Source: a virus. From it: DNA of 64,000 nucleotides. The translations under genes and the position numbers were made by a program. This document shows positions 19,085 through 24,491 of this stretch, one piece after another; positions within the stretch are counted from its first letter, which is position 1; each line of letters opens with the position of its first letter. The notes beneath the pieces were generated by a model. It ran no database searches and was not told the origin of the DNA. It was given only the letters and a program-made list of their open reading frames with translations. The stretch is from positions 32,001-96,000 of IMG/VR virus record IMGVR_UViG_3300017766_003354. The stretch is one strand, 5' to 3'.

Positions 19085-19143
19085 GTTGGGGTCAAATAAA
19101 GTTTTCTTCTTTTTGGCCCAGCACTCAAAACGCTGGGTTTTTT
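19040..19143 (+). promoter_or_regulatory. ribosome-dependent transcription attenuator
   Basis: acactc/gagtgt hairpin; gagtg+gttggggtcaaa pairing with tttggcccagcactc; cccagc/gctggg plus T tract. Confidence 0.75.
19117..19143 (+). terminator. intrinsic terminator of the attenuator
   Basis: cccagc-actcaaaac-gctggg-tttttt. Confidence 0.8.
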
Positions 19144-19172
19144 GTTAATCTGAAAAATTTCTCAAAAACAGG

Positions 19173-19200
19173 TTGACAAAATCCGAAAATCAAGTAAGTT
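19173..19200 (+). promoter_or_regulatory. sigma70-type promoter
   Basis: TTGACA...TAAGTT. Confidence 0.45.
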
Positions 19201-19239
19201 CCTCTCAGACAAAACAAATCCGCTCGCAAGACGAAAGTT

Positions 19240-19378
19240 TTAAGAGTGGCCGTGACGGTGGAAATGGTTCGGCCCCACCCCTTGAGGTTTAAAAAGCCTT
19301 CGGGATCGAGATTTTCTCTGGCAATCTTTCCGCTTGCCAATCGAGGAGCCATCCTTGAGAAAGTTTTATTCTTCTTGA
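19240..19378 (+). ncRNA. unassigned multi-stem RNA
   Basis: Closing tggc/gcca; internal ggtgg/ccacc, gaggt/gcctt, tggcaa/ttgcca. Confidence 0.45.
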
Positions 19379-19533
19379 GTCTTCACAAATTCGAAGAAAA
19401 GACAGCGGATCGGTTTTTGGCTCTTGACAATAGCTGGTGATTCGGCAACGATACGGAACCTTAGCGAACACTGGCGGAACTAGACGAATTAATCACTCGT
19501 TATAACTGCTGGTTAGTAGCTTAAATTTTCAAT

Positions 19534-19608
19534 GGTGCTATAGTTTAAAAGTAAGAACTCCTGACTTTCAATCAGAGGATCTCGGAGCGTTACCGAGTAG
19601 CACTTCCA
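19534..19608 (+). tRNA. tRNA-Glu(TTC)
   Basis: ctga-ctTTCaa-tcag; CCA. Confidence 0.85.
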
Positions 19609-19616
19609 TTTTTTAT

Positions 19617-19692
19617 CAGGGTATGGTGTAACTTGGTAGCACGATACATTTGGGATGTATTAGTTTCGGCTCAAATCCGAATATCCTGACCA
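19617..19692 (+). tRNA. tRNA-Pro(TGG)
   Basis: ataca-ttTGGga-tgtat; CCA. Confidence 0.9.
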
Positions 19693-19703
19693 ATTTATAA
19701 ATT

Positions 19704-19882
19704 CAGACAAAGGGGCAGTTCGAATCTGCGGTATTCCTTGAGGATATAAGGTGTAATGGATGCACGTTGTCGCAAATTCTTGAGGATCGGTTCGATTCCG
19801 ATATTGGTGTAACGGTAGCACGCAAGCAACACCCTAAGAACGGTTCGATTCCGTATAAATAGTGTAACGGCAGCACGGGGGC
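19704..19882 (+). ncRNA. three tandem permuted tRNA-elbow (T arm then D arm) modules, YrlA/Y-RNA-like
   Basis: GGTTCGA-type T arms each followed by a GTGTAA(T/C)GG..GCAC D arm; closing stems gacaa/ttgtc, cttg/caag, ccct/gggg. Confidence 0.7.
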
Positions 19883-19892
19883 AATTTTCAAT

Positions 19893-19969
19893 AGCGCGGA
19901 GGACAAGAAGGTTAGTCACTAGGCTCATAACCTAGGTTCTGGTGGATTCGAGCGCCACCTGCGCAACCA
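19893..19969 (+). tRNA. tRNA-Met(CAT), initiator-like
   Basis: ctagg-ctCATaa-cctag; 1-72 mismatch; CCA. Confidence 0.85.
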
Positions 19970-19977
19970 TTTTCAAT

Positions 19978-20053
19978 TGGACAGCAAGCATATAAGTGTG
20001 CAAGAGTCTCATACGCTCTCATCGTATCGGTGCAATTCCGATCTGTCCTACCA
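19978..20053 (+). tRNA. tRNA-Met/Ile2(CAT)
   Basis: agagt-ctCATac-gctct; CCA. Confidence 0.8.
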
Positions 20054-20058
20054 ATTTT

Positions 20059-20143
20059 CGCTGCATATCAATAAACGAATTCGCGATTAGTTTTTTGAGA
20101 AGGTGGAATGGGTTGGGCTAAAGCAAATGACCAACCGCAGCGA
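20059..20143 (+). ncRNA. unassigned structured RNA
   Basis: tcgctgc/gcagcga terminal stem, ggttgg/ccaacc. Confidence 0.4.
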
Positions 20144-20153
20144 TTAATTCAAA

Positions 20154-20206
20154 CGCCTCCTGCTGGCTAGCGCATCGGGATCATGACCTGATATGGGAGG
20201 CGACCA
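20154..20206 (+). ncRNA. 53-nt T-armless mini-tRNA with CAT loop and CCA
   Basis: cgcctcc/ggaggcg-A-CCA; tcggg-atCATga-cctga. Confidence 0.6.
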
Positions 20207-20218
20207 ATTTATACATCT

Positions 20219-20290
20219 TGAAGAAGACTGGTTCGAATCCAGCGCAACTACCCGTAGGTGGGCGCGTAGTGTAATGGCAGCACACTTCTA
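20219..20290 (+). ncRNA. fourth permuted tRNA-elbow module (YrlA-like)
   Basis: gaag...ctggttcgaatccag, loop-closed stem, tagtgtaatggcagcac, cttc. Confidence 0.65.
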
Positions 20291-20300
20291 TTGTTTTTAT

Positions 20301-20383
20301 GTGAGTCTAAAGCTAGTGGCTCTAGCAAGAAGTCTGTAAAACTTCTCCTTCGGGGCGAGGATCGAAACCTCAGACTCACACCA
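20301..20383 (+). tRNA. tRNA-Tyr(GTA)
   Basis: gaagt-ctGTAaa-acttc; V arm; CCA. Confidence 0.9.
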
Positions 20384-20387
20384 CTTT

Positions 20388-20521
20388 TTGCTAAAGCATC
20401 TTTGGCTTGATGCTGTCCCACAGGACTATATCGCATAACCTACGAACAAAGGCCAAGTTCTATAGGGGTATAGCGGGAAACCCGATCAAGTCGGGTGAGG
20501 CGGTTCAATTCCGCAGGCAAA
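20388..20521 (+). ncRNA. enlarged tRNA-like RNA with T arm and no recognisable anticodon
   Basis: agcatc/gatgct, acccga/tcgggt, gcgg-ttcaatt-ccgc. Confidence 0.5.
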
Positions 20522-20530
20522 ATTTTTAAT

Positions 20531-20605
20531 GGCCCGTTCGTTTAGTGTAAAGGACCGCGTGCTTCTAACGCGCAGACAGAGGTTAGATTCCTCTACGGGC
20601 TACCA
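20531..20605 (+). tRNA. tRNA-Arg(TCT)
   Basis: gcgtg-ctTCTaa-cgcgc; CCA. Confidence 0.9.
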
Positions 20606-20611
20606 ATTTAT

Positions 20612-20699
20612 GGAACATTAACCCCTGAGCTTGGGGCGTGTCTTGGAAAGACAATGGCGGCTGAAAGGTCGTGGGCTTGGAGTGCTCAGTGTTCCTCCA
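20612..20699 (+). tRNA. tRNA-Ser(GGA)
   Basis: tgtc-ttGGAaa-gaca; long V arm; CCA. Confidence 0.8.
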
Positions 20700-20704
20700 C
20701 TTTT

Positions 20705-20795
20705 GGATTGTTAATTCAGACGGCTCTGAACGCTGTTTCGAAAGCAGTTGGTTCCGCAAAAACGGGATAGGGATCGACCCCCTAGCAATCCTCCA
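20705..20795 (+). tRNA. tRNA-Ser(CGA)
   Basis: ctgt-ttCGAaa-gcag; V arm; CCA. Confidence 0.85.
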
Positions 20796-20797
20796 AT

Positions 20798-20889
20798 GGG
20801 TAATTTATCGCAACGGCTTGCGACTCTGCTTTGAAACCAGATGATGGGGTTAGTAGCCTCATAGGGATCGACACCCTAGTTGCCCTCCA
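20798..20889 (+). tRNA. tRNA-Ser(TGA)
   Basis: ttTGAaa loop; V arm; CCA. Confidence 0.85.
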
Positions 20890-20920
20890 CTTTTAGCCAG
20901 TAAAACCGTCAAAAAAGTCA

Positions 20921-20949
20921 TTGACAAAATCGTGACAAGCGACTAGGAT
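20921..20949 (+). promoter_or_regulatory. internal sigma70-type promoter in tRNA array
   Basis: TTGACA-N17-TAGGAT. Confidence 0.6.
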
Positions 20950-20987
20950 TGTGGCGCAACGCAAGACTAGCTGGTTAATTCTTCAAA

Positions 20988-21064
20988 ACACCATCAGACT
21001 GTGGGCAAGTCGAGAACCCTCCAAAAGTTCTGCTTAAAGGATTCGATTTCCTTGTGGTGTGCCA
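20988..21064 (+). tRNA. tRNA-Trp(CCA), atypical anticodon arm
   Basis: agaac-c-ctCCAaa-a-gttct; G73; CCA. Confidence 0.75.
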
Positions 21065-21072
21065 ATTTTAAT

Positions 21073-21143
21073 GACCTGATGATGTAACGACAGCATACTG
21101 CGCGGGAGCGTAGAAGAGGGGCTAGAATCCCCAACGGTCGCTA
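21073..21143 (+). pseudogene. tRNA-like element with GGGA tetraloop in place of an anticodon loop
   Basis: D and T arms present; ctgcgc-ggga-gcgtag; weak acceptor; ends CTA. Confidence 0.5.
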
Positions 21144-21152
21144 ATTTTCAAT

Positions 21153-21237
21153 GGGCGTGTGAGAGAATGGTTATCTAGCGGTCTTTTAAACCGAGGGCGA
21201 AAGCCCAACGTGGGTTCAATCCCCACCGCGCCTACCA
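21153..21237 (+). tRNA. tRNA-Lys(TTT) with long variable arm
   Basis: cggt-ctTTTaa-accg; gggc-gaaa-gccc; CCA. Confidence 0.85.
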
Positions 21238-21243
21238 ATTTTA

Positions 21244-21330
21244 GCAAGTGTGACAGAATGATCATGTATCCGTCTCTTAAACGGCAGAGAGAAATCTCTA
21301 ATGTGGGTTTGAATCCCACCGCTTGCACCA
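21244..21330 (+). tRNA. tRNA-Lys(CTT) with long variable arm
   Basis: ccgt-ctCTTaa-acgg; agaga-gaaa-tctct; CCA. Confidence 0.85.
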
Positions 21331-21341
21331 AAATTTTTCAT

Positions 21342-21431
21342 AGTATAGTGGCGGAATTGGAAGACGCGCTCGCCTGTTAAGTGAGAGTTCCGAAAGGACA
21401 CCTGTAGGATCGTGGCCTACCTATACTGCCA
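21342..21431 (+). tRNA. tRNA-Asn(GTT) with long variable arm and Leu-like D arm
   Basis: ctcgc-ctGTTaa-gtgag; tcc-gaaa-gga; G73; CCA. Confidence 0.85.
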
Positions 21432-21437
21432 ATTTTT

Positions 21438-21513
21438 CCTGTCTGAGCAAGTCTGGTGATTGCGCTTGGTTGAAGCCCAAGTTAATCGTGTTCGATCCAC
21501 GGAGACAGGACCA
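21438..21513 (+). tRNA. tRNA-Phe(GAA)
   Basis: cttgg-ttGAAgc-ccaag; CCA. Confidence 0.85.
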
Positions 21514-21519
21514 TTTCAA

Positions 21520-21610
21520 TGAGCGGCGTATGACAGCCTTTCAACGCTTAAATCATATCTGCGTTGGAGCCCAAGAAAATAAGCTGAATAACTACGAGGT
21601 ATCCCGCTCA
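21520..21610 (+). ncRNA. unassigned structured RNA
   Basis: tgagcgg/ccgctca, cagc/gctg, caacgc/gcgttg. Confidence 0.45.
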
Positions 21611-21635
21611 CCCTTTTCTAGCAAGTGTCGCATAG

Positions 21636-22133
21636 TCATTTGCGTTTACCTGAAAACGTCAAAGTTTGCGAATGACAATTTGGACAAAGAAACCTTAAAT
21701 TACTCAAGCGATTATCATTATTAATTCCATTGATGTGATCTAATTGTAGAGAAAGCGGTTTATTATTGTAGGTTCCTTGATTGCCGCATTCAGCGCATTC
21801 ATACTTCCAACCAAAATCTTGTAATAAACGACTTTTTATATTGTTGCCACTAACATAAGAAGAGTTTTCCACAAAAATATCTTCATTGTCTCGCTTGTTA
21901 ATTGGGCTTAACTTCTTTGCTTGTTCTTGTTTAAAGTTCTTCTTGTTGGCAGTAAAAAGAGTTAAGTCAAAATTTTCTTCCTTGATTCGTTTTTTAATTG
22001 TCCTGTGGTTTCCATTATAACCACCAAAACCTAATTTCTTTAAAATTTCGACAATAGACGAGCTTTCATTTAATAACCTTTGAAAATCATCGAAACTCGT
22101 TGTCCACACTATACTTTTTCTCGTAATCTTCAT
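21636..22133 (-). CDS. HNH homing-type endonuclease inserted in tRNA array
   Basis: CAECG...LQLDHINGINNDNRLSNLRFLCPNCHSQT; start MKITRK 8 nt after GTGTAA. Confidence 0.9.
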   Translation of the reverse strand: MKITRKSIVWTTSFDDFQRLLNESSSIVEILKKLGFGGYNGNHRTIKKRIKEENFDLTLFTANKKNFKQEQAKKLSPINKRDNEDIFVENSSYVSGNNIKSRLLQDFGWKYECAECGNQGTYNNKPLSLQLDHINGINNDNRLSNLRFLCPNCHSQTLTFSGKRK

Positions 22134-22174
22134 GTGGTATATTACACATAAAGACACAATACGGGACTTTTCAT

Positions 22175-22250
22175 GCGTCATTCGCCTAATGGTATGGCAC
22201 TTCGCTTCCAACGAAGAACAGCATCAGTTCGATTCTGATATGGCGCACCA
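22175..22250 (+). tRNA. tRNA-Gly(TCC)
   Basis: cttcg-ctTCCaa-cgaag; A73; CCA. Confidence 0.88.
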
Positions 22251-22254
22251 ATTT

Positions 22255-22437
22255 TCTATCAAAACCCTGAAAAGGTGGCGAAGTTTGTAAGCCAGTCATG
22301 GAAAGGCGCTAGGTGGGTCAAAGAATAAAGTTGGGAAACCTTAATCGGCGTGAAACCCGAACGTGCCTAGTAGCCCATGCGGAGTCACTATCTAAACCTC
22401 ACTCTGTCAAGAGTAAGTTGCGGACTCTATTGATAGA
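22255..22437 (+). ncRNA. unassigned ~180 nt multibranch RNA
   Basis: tctatcaa/ttgataga closing stem; ctagg/cctag, catg, gagtc/gactc stems. Confidence 0.5.
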
Positions 22438-22445
22438 ATTTTTAT

Positions 22446-22522
22446 CCGAGAGTAGATTTAACTGGCAAAATCCCTCCCTGTGAAGGAGCCTAATGCGGGT
22501 TCGACTCCCGCCTCGCGGACCA
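22446..22522 (+). tRNA. tRNA-His(GTG), lacks G-1/C73
   Basis: ctcc-ctGTGaa-ggag; A73; CCA. Confidence 0.82.
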
Positions 22523-22588
22523 TTTCTTTCTTGACAGTCGATTGGACGCCTCTTAATATGCGAACCAGCCAATCGCTTCCCTTTTAAT

Positions 22589-22765
22589 ATGAACACCCCA
22601 AACAACAAAGCCCTAGAAGTGCGCCGAACAAATCAAAAATTCCGCCGACTTTTCAATAGCTCGAAAGACATTGGGGGCAAGCTTTCTTCTTTGCACGTCA
22701 ATCGCGCCCATTGGGGCTCTGGATACAGTAAAAAAGACTTGCCAAAAGATTCGGATATGCAATAA
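22589..22765 (+). CDS. small basic protein
   Basis: Manually read MNTPNNKALEVRRTNQKFRR...; TTGACA promoter at 22531. Confidence 0.45.
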   Translation: MNTPNNKALEVRRTNQKFRRLFNSSKDIGGKLSSLHVNRAHWGSGYSKKDLPKDSDMQ

Positions 22766-22770
22766 TTTCA

Positions 22771-22845
22771 ATCGGGGTGGAGCAGTAAGGTAGATGCAAC
22801 CTGCTCATAACGGGTAAATAGCGGGTTCGAGTCCCGTCGCCCCCA
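22771..22845 (+). pseudogene. chimeric/disrupted tRNA-Met(CAT)
   Basis: Initiator-like 5' half, acceptor unpaired, no CCA; 3' half overlaps HNH gene end. Confidence 0.65.
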
Positions 22846-23200
22846 TTAAGCTCGTATCATGTATTTCCATGTGGCAATTAGAACAAAGAAGATCACATTT
22901 CTTAAACTCCAACAAAATCTTCTCCCAGCCTTGATTTGATAATTTTCTCAAATCTAAAGTAAAAGACTTTTCTTTTGGATTCCTATGGTGAAAACATAAA
23001 GCCCTCAAGCTTTTTGAGTATCCACAAATTTGACATCCTCCACCAGACATTTCAATCAAAAGCCTTTTTCTTTCGTTACCTTTTTTGTTTTGGTTTGCGT
23101 AATTTTGATGGTTCTTATTGGATAAGTGATTTTTACATTTTTGAGAACACCATTTTCTTTGACCTCCAGTTAATTCTTTATTACAGTTTTGACAGTTCAT
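22805..23200 (-). CDS. HNH endonuclease with N-terminal Zn ribbon
   Basis: CQNC...WCS.KC; CQICG...LCFHHRNP..K...CDLLCSNCHMEIH. Confidence 0.88.
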   Translation of the reverse strand: MNCQNCNKELTGGQRKWCSQKCKNHLSNKNHQNYANQNKKGNERKRLLIEMSGGGCQICGYSKSLRALCFHHRNPKEKSFTLDLRKLSNQGWEKILLEFKKCDLLCSNCHMEIHDTSLMGATGLEPAIYPL

Positions 23201-23252
23201 ATTAAATGATTACACTCAGATTATGAATATAGTCATAATCTTTTATTTTTAT

Positions 23253-23332
23253 GCAGCAGTATTCCCTCTCCCTACGAAGGAGGTGAAAGGATAATTGGAT
23301 ACATGTAGGTTCGATGCCTATCTGCTGCACCA
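23253..23332 (+). tRNA. tRNA-Arg(ACG)-like with displaced D arm
   Basis: gcagcag/ctgctgc-A-CCA; ctcc-ctACGaa-ggag; no D arm 5' of anticodon. Confidence 0.7.
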
Positions 23333-23342
23333 ATTTTCAAAT

Positions 23343-23418
23343 GGCCCTATAGCTGAGTAGGATTTAGCACATGCTTGATAAGCGTGAGACACAGGTTCAA
23401 TCCCTGTTAGGGCTACCA
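23343..23418 (+). tRNA. tRNA-Ile(GAT)
   Basis: catgc-ttGATaa-gcgtg; CCA. Confidence 0.9.
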
Positions 23419-23498
23419 TTTTTACTTATTACGAAGAATCTAAAATAGCTGGCATTGTGACCGCTTGAAGTAGTCGGTAGTAAGTAACTAATTTTTAT

Positions 23499-23592
23499 GG
23501 GTCATGGGGCTGCTTGGGGTGGCCATCTCACTTGCAATGAGAAGACATATCGAAAGATATACAGTTGGGTTCAAATCCCAAATGATCCACCA
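23499..23592 (+). tRNA. tRNA-Ala(TGC) with long variable arm
   Basis: G3:U70; tctca-ctTGCaa-tgaga; atatc-gaaa-gatat; CCA. Confidence 0.85.
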
Positions 23593-23602
23593 GTTTCAAA
23601 AA

Positions 23603-23678
23603 GCATCGTTGGCTCGACTGTTTAGGCGGGTTCCTGCAAAGTTCCTTTAAGGGGGTTAGATTCCCTCACGATGCTCCA
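23603..23678 (+). tRNA. tRNA-Cys(GCA)
   Basis: ctGCAaa loop; U73; CCA. Confidence 0.82.
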
Positions 23679-23720
23679 ATTTTCTCTTGACTTTCTCTGT
23701 TCTTTTGCTAAAAACAAAAC

Positions 23721-23933
23721 ATGACAGCAGAACATCTACAAGAACAAGACGAAATGCACGAAGCGCAGAAACAACAAGTGATCATCGAATCTCTTTCTTC
23801 TCTGCTAAGTGAATGTTTAGAATCAATGAACCAAGATAACTCGTTCAAAGTTCTCGGTATTGAAAATAACAAGTTGATTGTTGAATTTGATATTGTGGAA
23901 ATTGATGATGAGTTTATGTTTCAAGGATATTAA
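23721..23933 (+). CDS. small acidic protein, paralog of 17439..17612
   Basis: LL.ECLE..NQ..SF.V.GI...K..V.FDIVEI...F.GY; own promoter at 23687. Confidence 0.7.
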   Translation: MTAEHLQEQDEMHEAQKQQVIIESLSSLLSECLESMNQDNSFKVLGIENNKLIVEFDIVEIDDEFMFQGY

Positions 23934-23941
23934 TTTCAAAT

Positions 23942-24031
23942 AATGAGCGCCCAAAAGCAAAACGGACTATTTGTGCATCTAGGCACAGGATCGGGGTCTT
24001 GGCGACTTACTCGCCAGTAGTATTGCTCATT
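23942..24031 (+). ncRNA. unassigned structured RNA
   Basis: aatgagc/gctcatt, tgtgc/gcaca, tggcga/tcgcca. Confidence 0.45.
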
Positions 24032-24042
24032 GCCTTTTTAAT

Positions 24043-24116
24043 GGGGGATTGATGTAATGGTAGCCTGACTGATTTACATTCAGTTTGCGGGGATTCGACT
24101 TCCTCATCCCCTACCA
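24043..24116 (+). tRNA. tRNA-Val(TAC)
   Basis: actga-ttTACat-tcagt; CCA. Confidence 0.88.
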
Positions 24117-24124
24117 ATTTTTAT

Positions 24125-24209
24125 GGTAACGAAGCCGAAGTGGTTTCAGGCGCTACCCTGTCAAGGTAGGAACGAAAGTTCATAGCGAGTTCGATCCTCG
24201 TCGTTACCG
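24125..24209 (+). tRNA. tRNA-Asp(GTC) with long variable arm
   Basis: ctacc-ctGTCaa-ggtag; gaac-gaaa-gttc; G73; ends CCC. Confidence 0.82.
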
Positions 24210-24219
24210 CCCTTTTCAT

Positions 24220-24297
24220 GCATCAGTATGCTATTGGTATCGCAGCAACGTCGAGAGCGTTGTGTTTTTGTCGGTTCGACTCCGATCTGATGCACCA
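24220..24297 (+). tRNA. tRNA-Leu(GAG)-like, short V region, C33
   Basis: caacg-tcGAGag-cgttg; CCA. Confidence 0.65.
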
Positions 24298-24306
24298 AAT
24301 TTTTAT

Positions 24307-24391
24307 CGGCGCGTGGGTTAATCGAGAACGGCAGATCACAGATACTTAGAATATCTGACCCTTGGAGGTTCAATTCCTCTCGCGCCGACCA
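24307..24391 (+). tRNA. tRNA-Leu(TAG), non-canonical fold
   Basis: agata-ctTAGaa-tatct; no V hairpin; CCA. Confidence 0.8.
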
Positions 24392-24398
24392 TTTTTTA

Positions 24399-24480
24399 CG
24401 GCATGTGGGTTAATCGGGAATAGCAGACTACACTTACTCAAAATAAGTGACCCTTGAAGGTGCAAGTCCTTTCATGCCGA
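24399..24480 (+). tRNA. tRNA-Leu(CAA), non-canonical fold
   Basis: actta-ctCAAaa-taagt; no V hairpin; no encoded CCA. Confidence 0.78.
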
Positions 24481-24491
24481 CTTTTTTTAAT

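Noticed and set aside
19704-19882. CRISPR array
   Set aside because: Repeats are inexact tRNA arms with no regular spacers, and there is no cas operon.
20388-20521. tRNA-Sec or tmRNA
   Set aside because: No TCA loop, no Ala acceptor/CCA, and too short for tmRNA.
22589-22765. ArfA-like ribosome rescue factor
   Set aside because: Only a loose GSGYSKK resemblance; not enough to assign.
23968-23986. tgtgc-atCTAg-gcaca as an amber suppressor anticodon arm
   Set aside because: 6-nt loop, with no T arm, D arm or CCA.
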